Translations under genes and position numbers: made by a program
Shown: piece after piece, positions 1-9,036 of the stretch
Numbering within the stretch: the stretch's first letter is position 1
Layout: every line of letters begins with the position of its first letter
Source of the DNA: Ostreococcus lucimarinus
Taxonomy: Eukaryota
DNA: 64,000 nt
Reading direction: 5' to 3' (one strand)
Assembly (NCBI GenBank): GCA_000092065.1
Contig: CP000591.1
Notes under the pieces: generated by a model
Seen by the model: the letters and a program-made list of their open reading frames with translations, nothing else
Databases searched by the model: none
What the model was told of the DNA's origin: nothing

Positions 1-3000
1 GACGAACGCCGCCGGCGACGGCGCGGCGAGCGGCGATACGCAGTGCGACCACACTATTTGTCCGGCGAACATGCACGTCGTTGGTCACGTGTGCACGCCG
101 TGTCCACCGGGTATGAACCACCCAGGTGGCGACGACGCTTTTTTCGGCGACACGTCGTGCAGCGCCATTCTCTGCCAGTCGAATCAGCGCGTGCTGGGTC
201 ACGCGTGCGTCAGCTGTCCGCCCGGGACGACGAACGATGCGGACGACGACGCCTCGGGTGGCGACACGCAGTGCGATCCGGTCATCTGCGGAGCGCACAT
301 GCGCGTGCAAGATCACAACTGCGTGCAGTGCGTCGCCGGTAAGGAGAACGAAGCCGGCGACGACGCCTCACAAAGTAACACCGAGTGCGACGCCGTCATT
401 TGCGAGCCGAATCATCACGTGGCGGGCAATGTGTGCACGGCGTGTCCCGCCGGTCACGCGCACGCCGGCGGCGACGTGCAGCACGGCCCTGATACGTCGT
501 GCGACGAAGTGCTTTGCCACACGAACGAGCGCGTTCTCGGCCACCAGTGCGTGGCGTGTCCTCCGGGCTCGACGAACGCCGCCGGCGACGGCGCGGCGAG
601 CGGCGATACGCAGTGCGACCACACTATTTGTCCGGCGAACACGCACGTCGTTGGTCACGTGTGCACGCCGTGTCCACCGGGTATGAACCACCCAGGTGGC
701 GACGACGCTTTTTTCGGCGACACGTCGTGCAGCGCCATTCTCTGCCAGTCGAATCAGCGCGTGCTGGGTCACGCGTGCGTCAGCTGTCCGCCCGGGACGA
801 CGAACGATGCGGACGACGACGCCTCGGGTGGCGACACGCAGTGTGATCCGGTCATCTGCGGAGCGCACATGCGCGTGCAAGATCACAACTGCGTGCAGTG
901 CGTCGCCGGTAAGGAGAACGAAGCCGGTGACGACGCCTCACAAAGTAACACCGAGTGCGACGCCGTCATTTGCGAGCCGAATCATCACGTGGCGGGCAAT
1001 GTGTGCACGGCGTGTCCCGCCGGTCACGCGCACGCCGGCGGCGACGTGCAGCACGGCCCTGATACGTCGTGCGACGAAGTGCTTTGCCACACGAACGAGC
1101 GCGTTCTCGGCCACCAGTGCGTGGCGTGTCCTCCGGGCTCGACGAACGCCGCCGGCGACGGCGCGGCGAGCGGCGATACACAGTGCGACCACACTATTTG
1201 TCCGGCGAACACGCACGTCGTTGGTCACGTGTGCACGCCGTGCGCGCCGGGTCGTGACCACCCAGGTGGCGACGATGCGACTCTCGGCGACACGTCGTGC
1301 AGTGCCATCATGTGCGGGCCCAACCAGCACGTCGTGAGCCACGCTTGCACGGTGTGTCCAGCAGGAATGGTTAACGATGCGAACGACGACGCTTCGGGTG
1401 GCGACACGCATTGCGATCCGATACTGTGTCCATCGAATCAACGCGTGCAGGGTCATACGTGTGTGCAATGTGCGCCCGGGAAGACCAACGCACCCAATGA
1501 TGATGCCTCTAGGGGCGACACTGAGTGCGATATTACGTACTGCGCCGCAAATCAGCGCGTACAGGGCCATCAATGTGTCGCGTGTGCGCCCGGCACGACG
1601 AACGATGCCGGCGATGACGCCTCGCAAGTCGACACGCAGTGCGCTCCGATCATTTGTGGCGCACACATGCGAGTTCAAAGTCACGCGTGCGTACAGTGCG
1701 TCCCGGGTCGCGAGAACCTGGCGGGTGACGACGCCTCCGGCCAAGATACACCCTGCGATGAAATCGTGTGCGAAGAGAACCACAAGGTCGTGAGCCACCA
1801 GTGCGTGGCGTGCCCCGCGGGGAAGATACACACGGCTGGCGATGTTGCTTCGGGGCCAGACACGTCTTGCGACGCGGTGACGTGTAGCACGAACGAGCGC
1901 GTTCAAGGCCACCAGTGCGTGGCGTGTCCGGCCGGCACGACAAACGACGGCGGCGACGACGCGTCGGGTGGCGACACGCAGTGCGATCCGGTCATTTGTC
2001 CAGCACAAACGCACGTACAAAACCACGTGTGTGAGGTGTGTCCTCCCGGTCATGCGCACCCAGGTGGTGACGACGCGTCTCAAGGCGACACGCAGTGCGA
2101 CGCAGTGATGTGTGGGGCAAATTATCACGTGCAAGATCATCATTGCGTGCCATGTCCAACGGGTAAAGACAATCAAGCGAACGACAATGCCGCGGGCGCA
2201 GATACAGAGTGCGACATCATCTATTGTGCTGCCAATCAACGCGTACAAAACAACGTCTGTACCGCGTGTCCGCCCGGCACAATTAATGCAGGCGGTGATA
2301 ACGCGTTTGACCATGATACCACTTGCGATACCGTTTATTGCGGCGTGAATCAACACGTCTTTGAAAATGAATGCGTCCCTTGTCCGGCAGGGATGGTAAA
2401 CCCGTCGGGAGACGACGCCACCGGGCCCCGCACGTTTTGCGAGCCAATCATCTGCGGCGCGCACATGCACGTACAGAATCATCAGTGCGTGCAATGTGCT
2501 CCAGGTGATGAAAATTTGGCTGGCGATAGTGCCGCGCAACACGATACCACCTGCGACGAGGTCACTTGTTCTGCGAACGAGCACGTGGTGAGCCACCAAT
2601 GCACGGCGTGTCCCGCCGGTCACGCGCACGCTGGCGGCGACGTGCAGCACGGCCCTGATACGTCGTGCGACGAAGTGCTTTGCCACACGAACGAGCGCGT
2701 TCAAGGCCACCAGTGCGTGGCGTGTCCTCCGGGCTCGACGAACGCCGCCGGCGACGGCGCGGCAAGCGGCGATACGCAGTGCGACCACACTATTTGTCCG
2801 GCGAACACGCACGTCGTCGGTCACGTGTGCACGCCGTGCGCGCCAGGCTACGAACGACTTGCCGGCGACGACGCCACCGGTGGTGATACGCAATGCAGTG
2901 CTGTCTTGTGCGGCGCAAACATGCACGTGCAGAATAATTTGTGCGCGGCGTGCCCCGCTGGCACGACGAACGCCGCCGGCGACGACGCCTCGCGAGGAAA

Positions 3001-6000
3001 CTCGGAATGCGATCACACTATCTGCGAAGCGCACATGCGAGTGCAGAGTCATCAGTGCGTCGCGTGCATGGATGGCAAGGAAAATCTGGCGGGAGACGAT
3101 GCCGCTGGGGGGGACACACAATGCGATGAAGTCATCTGCGCTGCCGATCATCATGTATTAAACCATCAGTGTGTATCGTGCCCTTACGGTCACGCGCACG
3201 CCGGCGGCGACGTGCAGCACGGCCCTGATACGTCGTGCGACGAAGTGCTTTGCCACACGAACGAGCGCGTTCTCGGCCACCAGTGCGTGGCGTGTCCTCC
3301 GGGCTCAACGAACGCCGCCGGCGACGGCGCGGCGAGCGGCGATACGCAGTGCGACCACACTATTTGTCCGGCGAACACGCACGTCGTTGGTCACGTGTGC
3401 ACGCCGTGCGCGCCGGGTCGTGAACACCCAGCCGGCGACGACGCCACCGGTGGTGATACGCAATGCAGCGCCGTGATGTGCGGATCCAACATGCACGTCC
3501 AAAACCACGTGTGCACGGCGTGCCCGGCCGGGACGACGAACGCCGCCGGCGACGACGCTTCCGGAGCGAATACGCAGTGCGACCCAATCTTGTGTGGCGC
3601 GAACCAACACGTCTTGAATCATCAGTGCATGCAGTGCCCGCCCGGCACGCTCAATGACGCCAGCGATAGCGCTGCCGGTGGTAATACGCAGTGCGACGCC
3701 GTGCAGTGCGGCTGCAACCAACGCGTGCAGGGCCATCAATGTGTCACGTGTGCGCCCGGGACGACGAACGACGCCGGCGATGACGCCTCACAAGGCGATA
3801 CGCAGTGCGATCCGACCATCTGCGGCGCGCACATGCGAGTGCAAGATCACGCGTGCGTAGCGTGTGTGGACGGTCGAGAGAACCTGGCGGGTGACGACGC
3901 CTCACAAGGCAACACGCAGTGCGACGAAATCGTGTGCGAAGAGAACCACAAGGTCGTGAGCCACCAGTGCGTGGCGTGCCCCGCGGGGAAGATACACACG
4001 GCTGGCGATATTGCTTCGGGCCCAGACACGTCTTGCGACGCGGTGACGTGTAGCACGAACGAGCGCGTTCAAGGCCACCAGTGCGTGGCGTGTCCGGCTG
4101 GCACGACAAACGACGGCGGCGACGACGCGTCGGGTGGCGACACGCAGTGCGATATTACCCGGTGCACGGCGCACATGCACGTACAAAACCATGTGTGCGT
4201 GCAGTGCCCGGCCGGTAAAGAGAACGTCGCGGGTGATGACGCCTCTGGAGGTAACACGGAATGCGACGTCGTGCGATGCGGTGCCAACCAGCACGTCGTC
4301 GACCACGTGTGCACGGCGTGTCCGGCCGGGACGACGAACGATGAAGGCGACGACGCTTCGGGAGCGAACACGCAGTGCGATCCCGTCATCTGTGAATTGC
4401 ACATGCGAGTGCAGAATCATCAGTGCGTCGCGTGTGCGCCTGGCAAGGAGAATCTGGCGGGCGACGACGCCTCGCAAGGTAACACCGAGTGCGACGCCGT
4501 CATTTGTTCTGCGAACGAGCACGTGGTGAGCCACCAATGCACGGCGTGTCCCGCCGGTCACGCGCACGCCGGCGGCGACGTGCAGCACGGCCCTGATACG
4601 TCGTGCGACGAAGTGCTTTGCCACACGAACGAGCGCGTTCTCGGCCACCAGTGCGTGGCGTGTCCTCCGGGCTCAACGAACGCCGCCGGCGACGGCGCGG
4701 CGAGCGGCGATACGCAGTGCGACCACACTATTTGCCCTGCGAACACGCACGTCGTCGGTCACGCGTGCACGCCGTGTCCGCCAGGTCATGAACACCCGGC
4801 CGGCGACGACGCCACCGGTGGTGATACGCAATGCAGCGCCGTGTCGTGTGGGCCCAACATGCACGTCCAAAACCACGCGTGCACGGCGTGCCCGGCCGGG
4901 ACGACGAACGCCGCCGGCGACGACGCTTCTGGAGCGAATACGCAGTGCGATGCGACAATTTGCGCACACAACAAGCATGTTGTCAACCACGAGTGTGTTC
5001 CGTGTCCAGATGGCCATGAACACCCAGGCGTCGCTGATGCTTCTGGCTCCGATACTTCGTGTGATGTCACGCTGTGTGGCGCGAACCAACACGTCGTGAA
5101 TCATCAGTGCATGCAGTGCCCCCCCGGCACGCTCAATGACGCCAGCGATAGCGCTGCCGGTGGTAATACGCAGTGCGACACCGTGCAGTGCGGCGTCAAC
5201 CAACGCGTGCAGGGCCATCAATGTGTCACGTGTGCGCCCGGGACGACGAACGACGCCGGCGATGACGCCTCACAAGGCGATACGCAGTGCGATCCGACCA
5301 TCTGCGGCGCGCACATGCGAGTGCAAGATCACGCGTGCGTAGCGTGTGTGGACGGTCGAGAGAACCTGGCGGGTGACGACGCCTCACAAGGCAACACGCA
5401 GTGCGACGAAATCGTGTGCGAAGAGAACCACAAGGTCGTGAGCCACCAGTGCGTGGCGTGCCCCGCGGGGAAGATACACACGGCTGGCGATATTGCTTCG
5501 GGCCCAGACACGTCTTGCGACGCGGTGACGTGTAGCACGAACGAGCGCGTTCAAGGCCACCAGTGCGTGGCGTGTCCGGCTGGCACGACAAACGACGGCG
5601 GCGACGACGCGTCGGGTGGCGACACGCAGTGCGATATTACCCGGTGCACGGCGCACATGCACGTACAAAACCATGTGTGCGTGCAGTGCCCGGCCGGTAA
5701 AGAGAACGTCGCGGGTGATGACGCCTCTGGAGGTAACACGGAATGCGACGTCGTGCGATGCGGTGCCAACCAGCACGTCGTCGACCACGTGTGCACGGCG
5801 TGTCCGGCCGGGACGACGAACGATGAAGGCGACGACGCTTCGGGAGCGAACACGCAGTGCGATCCCGTCATCTGTGAATTGCACATGCGAGTGCAGAATC
5901 ATCAGTGCGTCGCGTGTGCGCCTGGCAAGGAGAACGAAGCCGGCGACGACGCCTCGCAAGGTAACACCGAGTGCGACGCCGTCATTTGTTCTGCGAACGA

Positions 6001-8278
6001 GCACGTGGTGAGCCACCAATGCACGGCGTGTCCCGCCGGTCACGCGCACGCCGGCGGCGACGTGCAGCACGGCCCTGATACGTCGTGCGACGAAGTGCTT
6101 TGCCACACGAACGAGCGCGTTCTCGGCCACCAGTGCGTGGCGTGTCCTCCGGGCTCAACGAACGCCGCCGGTGACGGCGCGGCGAGCGGCGATACGCAGT
6201 GCGACCACACTATTTGCCCTGCGAACACGCACGTCGTCGGTCACGCGTGCACGCCGTGTCCGCCAGGTCATGAACACCCGGCCGGCGACGACGCCACCGG
6301 TGGTGATACGCAATGCAGCGCCGTGATGTGCGGATCCAACATGCACGTCCAAAACCACGTGTGCACGGCGTGCCCGGCCGGGACGACGAACGCCGCCGGC
6401 GACGACGCTTCTGGAGCGAATACGCAGTGTGATGTCACGCTGTGCGGCGCGAACCAACACGTCGTGAATCATCAGTGCATGCAGTGCCCGCCCGGCACGC
6501 TCAATGACGCCAGCGATAGCGCTGCCGGTGGTAATACGCAGTGCGACGCCGTGCAGTGCGGCTGCAACCAACGCGTGCAGGGCCATCAATGTGTCACGTG
6601 TGCGCCCGGGACGACGAACGACGCCGGCGATGACGCCTCACAAGGCGATACGCAGTGCGATCCGACCATCTGCGGCGCGCACATGCGAGTGCAAGATCAC
6701 GCGTGCGTAGCGTGTGTGGACGGTCGAGAGAACCTGGCGGGTGACGACGCCTCACAAGGCAACACGCAGTGCGACGAAATCGTGTGCGAAGAGAACCACA
6801 AGGTCGTGAGCCACCAGTGCGTGGCGTGCCCCGCGGGGAAGATACACACGGCTGGCGATATTGCTTCGGGCCCAGACACGTCTTGCGACGCGGTGACGTG
6901 TAGCACGAACGAGCGCGTTCAAGGCCACCAGTGCGTGGCGTGTCCGGCTGGCACGACAAACGACGGCGGCGACGACGCGTCGGGTGGCGACACGCAGTGC
7001 GATATTACCCGGTGCACGGCGCACATGCACGTACAAAACCATGTGTGCGTGCAGTGCCCGGCCGGTAAAGAGAACGTCGCGGGTGATGACGCCTCTGGAG
7101 GTAACACGGAATGCGACGTCGTGCGATGCGGTGCCAACCAGCACGTCGTCGACCACGTGTGCACGGCGTGTCCGGCCGGGACGACGAACGATGAAGGCGA
7201 CGACGCTTCGGGAGCGAACACGCAGTGCGATCCCGTCATCTGTGAATTGCACATGCGAGTGCAGAATCATCAGTGCGTCGCGTGTGCGCCTGGCAAGGAG
7301 AACGAAGCCGGCGACGACGCCTCGCAAGGTAACACCGAGTGCGACGCCGTCATTTGTTCTGCGAACGAGCACGTGGTGAGCCACCAATGCACGGCGTGTC
7401 CCGCCGGTCACGCGCACGCTGGCGGCGACGTGCAGCACGGCCCTGATACGTCGTGCGACGAAGTGCTGTGCCACACGAACGAGCGCGTTCTCGGCCACCA
7501 GTGCGTGGCGTGTCCTCCGGGCTCAACGAACGCCGCCGGCGACGGCGCGGCGAGCGGCGATACGCAGTGCGACCACACCATTTGCCCTGCGAACACGCAC
7601 GTCGTCGGTCACGCGTGCACGCCGTGTCCGCCAGGTCATGAACACCCGGCCGGCGACGACGCCACCGGTGGTGATACGCAATGCAGCGCCGTGTCGTGCG
7701 GGCCCAACATGCACGTCCAAAACCACGTGTGCACGGCGTGCCCGGCCGGGACGTGGAACGATGAAGGCGATGACGCTTCCGGTGCGAACACGCAGTGCGA
7801 TCCGGTCATCTGTGAAGTGCACATGCGAGTGCACGATCACGCGTGCGTTGCGTGTGCGCCTGGCAAGGAGAACGAAGCCGGCGACGACGCCTCGCAAGGT
7901 AACACCGAGTGCGACGCCGTCATTTGCGAGCCGAATCATCACGTGGCGGGCAATGTGTGCACGGCGTGTCCCGCCGGTCACGCGCACGCCGGCGGCGACG
8001 TGCAGCACGGCCCTGATACGTCGTGCGACGAAGTGCTTTGCCACACGAACGAGCGCGTTCAAGACCACCAGTGCGTGGCGTGTCCTCCGGGCTCGACGAA
8101 CGCCGCCGGCGACGGCGTGGCAAGCGGCAATACGCAGTGCGACAGCACTATTTGCGGGGCGAACAGGTACGTATCAAACCATGTGTGCGTGCTTTGCCCT
8201 TACCAACACTATCGCGCCGCCGGCGACGACGCCACCGGTCCCGACACGGCATGTATACGATATTACGGTCTCGGATAG
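1..8278 (+). CDS. Giant secreted/surface-type cysteine-rich tandem-repeat protein. Ephrin-receptor-like / TNFR-like 'CxxCPxG' repeats, about 72 units of 38 aa. 5'-truncated by the window edge.
   Basis: The frame is open from nt 2 and the ORF track shows 2,735 aa. nt 1-60 repeat nt 570-629, so the gene continues upstream. The unit is C-x2-C-P-x-G-x5-GDDA-x-GDT-x-C-x4-C-x9, 114 nt long. Stop at 8278, followed by an AT-rich 3' region. Confidence 0.8.
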   Translation, partial: TNAAGDGAASGDTQCDHTICPANMHVVGHVCTPCPPGMNHPGGDDAFFGDTSCSAILCQSNQRVLGHACVSCPPGTTNDADDDASGGDTQCDPVICGAHMRVQDHNCVQCVAGKENEAGDDASQSNTECDAVICEPNHHVAGNVCTACPAGHAHAGGDVQHGPDTSCDEVLCHTNERVLGHQCVACPPGSTNAAGDGAASGDTQCDHTICPANTHVVGHVCTPCPPGMNHPGGDDAFFGDTSCSAILCQSNQRVLGHACVSCPPGTTNDADDDASGGDTQCDPVICGAHMRVQDHNCVQCVAGKENEAGDDASQSNTECDAVICEPNHHVAGNVCTACPAGHAHAGGDVQHGPDTSCDEVLCHTNERVLGHQCVACPPGSTNAAGDGAASGDTQCDHTICPANTHVVGHVCTPCAPGRDHPGGDDATLGDTSCSAIMCGPNQHVVSHACTVCPAGMVNDANDDASGGDTHCDPILCPSNQRVQGHTCVQCAPGKTNAPNDDASRGDTECDITYCAANQRVQGHQCVACAPGTTNDAGDDASQVDTQCAPIICGAHMRVQSHACVQCVPGRENLAGDDASGQDTPCDEIVCEENHKVVSHQCVACPAGKIHTAGDVASGPDTSCDAVTCSTNERVQGHQCVACPAGTTNDGGDDASGGDTQCDPVICPAQTHVQNHVCEVCPPGHAHPGGDDASQGDTQCDAVMCGANYHVQDHHCVPCPTGKDNQANDNAAGADTECDIIYCAANQRVQNNVCTACPPGTINAGGDNAFDHDTTCDTVYCGVNQHVFENECVPCPAGMVNPSGDDATGPRTFCEPIICGAHMHVQNHQCVQCAPGDENLAGDSAAQHDTTCDEVTCSANEHVVSHQCTACPAGHAHAGGDVQHGPDTSCDEVLCHTNERVQGHQCVACPPGSTNAAGDGAASGDTQCDHTICPANTHVVGHVCTPCAPGYERLAGDDATGGDTQCSAVLCGANMHVQNNLCAACPAGTTNAAGDDASRGNSECDHTICEAHMRVQSHQCVACMDGKENLAGDDAAGGDTQCDEVICAADHHVLNHQCVSCPYGHAHAGGDVQHGPDTSCDEVLCHTNERVLGHQCVACPPGSTNAAGDGAASGDTQCDHTICPANTHVVGHVCTPCAPGREHPAGDDATGGDTQCSAVMCGSNMHVQNHVCTACPAGTTNAAGDDASGANTQCDPILCGANQHVLNHQCMQCPPGTLNDASDSAAGGNTQCDAVQCGCNQRVQGHQCVTCAPGTTNDAGDDASQGDTQCDPTICGAHMRVQDHACVACVDGRENLAGDDASQGNTQCDEIVCEENHKVVSHQCVACPAGKIHTAGDIASGPDTSCDAVTCSTNERVQGHQCVACPAGTTNDGGDDASGGDTQCDITRCTAHMHVQNHVCVQCPAGKENVAGDDASGGNTECDVVRCGANQHVVDHVCTACPAGTTNDEGDDASGANTQCDPVICELHMRVQNHQCVACAPGKENLAGDDASQGNTECDAVICSANEHVVSHQCTACPAGHAHAGGDVQHGPDTSCDEVLCHTNERVLGHQCVACPPGSTNAAGDGAASGDTQCDHTICPANTHVVGHACTPCPPGHEHPAGDDATGGDTQCSAVSCGPNMHVQNHACTACPAGTTNAAGDDASGANTQCDATICAHNKHVVNHECVPCPDGHEHPGVADASGSDTSCDVTLCGANQHVVNHQCMQCPPGTLNDASDSAAGGNTQCDTVQCGVNQRVQGHQCVTCAPGTTNDAGDDASQGDTQCDPTICGAHMRVQDHACVACVDGRENLAGDDASQGNTQCDEIVCEENHKVVSHQCVACPAGKIHTAGDIASGPDTSCDAVTCSTNERVQGHQCVACPAGTTNDGGDDASGGDTQCDITRCTAHMHVQNHVCVQCPAGKENVAGDDASGGNTECDVVRCGANQHVVDHVCTACPAGTTNDEGDDASGANTQCDPVICELHMRVQNHQCVACAPGKENEAGDDASQGNTECDAVICSANEHVVSHQCTACPAGHAHAGGDVQHGPDTSCDEVLCHTNERVLGHQCVACPPGSTNAAGDGAASGDTQCDHTICPANTHVVGHACTPCPPGHEHPAGDDATGGDTQCSAVMCGSNMHVQNHVCTACPAGTTNAAGDDASGANTQCDVTLCGANQHVVNHQCMQCPPGTLNDASDSAAGGNTQCDAVQCGCNQRVQGHQCVTCAPGTTNDAGDDASQGDTQCDPTICGAHMRVQDHACVACVDGRENLAGDDASQGNTQCDEIVCEENHKVVSHQCVACPAGKIHTAGDIASGPDTSCDAVTCSTNERVQGHQCVACPAGTTNDGGDDASGGDTQCDITRCTAHMHVQNHVCVQCPAGKENVAGDDASGGNTECDVVRCGANQHVVDHVCTACPAGTTNDEGDDASGANTQCDPVICELHMRVQNHQCVACAPGKENEAGDDASQGNTECDAVICSANEHVVSHQCTACPAGHAHAGGDVQHGPDTSCDEVLCHTNERVLGHQCVACPPGSTNAAGDGAASGDTQCDHTICPANTHVVGHACTPCPPGHEHPAGDDATGGDTQCSAVSCGPNMHVQNHVCTACPAGTWNDEGDDASGANTQCDPVICEVHMRVHDHACVACAPGKENEAGDDASQGNTECDAVICEPNHHVAGNVCTACPAGHAHAGGDVQHGPDTSCDEVLCHTNERVQDHQCVACPPGSTNAAGDGVASGNTQCDSTICGANRYVSNHVCVLCPYQHYRAAGDDATGPDTACIRYYGLG

Positions 8279-8314
8279 ATGTTTAATTTTTAATAATACG
8301 TCCTAATAATCGAC

Positions 8315-8372
<58 letters not shown>

Positions 8373-8407
8373 GGCGCGCATCAAAACGCGACGCTCGAGT
8401 CGACGCG

Positions 8408-8911
8408 ATGCGCGCGTCCGCGCGCGTCGCGAGCGCGCGCGCGGTCGTGAAGCGCGAGCGCGACGCGCGATCGACGCGCGCGCGCGCGTTCGTGCCGCCC
8501 ATCGTCCCGAATCCGCGCCAGGGCGACGACGACGCGAATGCTGACGCGGCACCGACGCTGCCGAACATCGAACGCGCGCTGGCGCCGCACGGATGGGCGA
8601 TCGGCGCCGAGCGAGGGTACGACGACACGCCGCACGCGTTCAAGATATTCAAAGTGCGCGATGGGCATCACACGCTGGAACAGCTGCAAGAGGCGCTGTA
8701 CGTGAGCGACGAACGAGGGTGTCGGATACGACGCGAGACGCAGTCGTTGTTTTACATGTGCTGCGATGGCGTGCGGTGTCGGTTGAACGAGGGGAAGAAA
8801 GAGATCGTGGTGGAGATGCCGTGTGATTTGGACAGCGTGGGAGCGTACGTGGCGAAGGCCAAGGTGATTGAGGACATCATTAAGAGTTCTCAAAAGAAGA
8901 GGGCTTCGTGA
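8408..8911 (+). CDS. Hypothetical small protein (167 aa) with an Arg/Ala-rich presequence-like N-terminus.
   Basis: ATG at 8408. nt 8580-8911 look coding, with mixed codons and K/E/D-rich sequence. It lies between the convergent 3' ends of the giant gene and BRCA2. I recognise no domain. Confidence 0.35.
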   Translation: MRASARVASARAVVKRERDARSTRARAFVPPIVPNPRQGDDDANADAAPTLPNIERALAPHGWAIGAERGYDDTPHAFKIFKVRDGHHTLEQLQEALYVSDERGCRIRRETQSLFYMCCDGVRCRLNEGKKEIVVEMPCDLDSVGAYVAKAKVIEDIIKSSQKKRAS

Positions 8912-8964
8912 GCGGGCGGCGAGGTTGTAAAACATTCAACATTTTTCTAAAATATGCGTGGTGG

Positions 8965-9025
8965 CTAATCGATCGTTCGTTCTTTCGTTCTTTCGTTCGT
9001 TTTCTCGTTCGTCCGTCCGTTTTTG
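8965..9025 (+). repeat. Pyrimidine-rich (TTCG/TCCG)n simple repeat in the 3' UTR region downstream of the giant repeat gene.
   Basis: The sequence GTTCGTTCTTTCGTTCTTTCGTTCGTTTTCTCGTTCGTCCGTCCG. Similar sense-strand motifs occur in the RPL24 3' region (36440-36480, minus) and inside the HEMA intron. Confidence 0.6.
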
Positions 9026-9036
9026 TTACTAGGTGA

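Noticed and set aside
938-3154. Long antisense ORFs inside the giant repeat gene. One is 738 aa on the minus strand. There are also many 60-250-aa ORFs on both strands, such as 3902-4648, 5384-6130 and 6752-7498.
   Set aside because: They are Arg/Ala/Val-rich low-complexity translations of the GC-rich repeat in the wrong frame or strand. They recur simply because the DNA repeats. The sense-frame Cys periodicity is the only biologically coherent reading.
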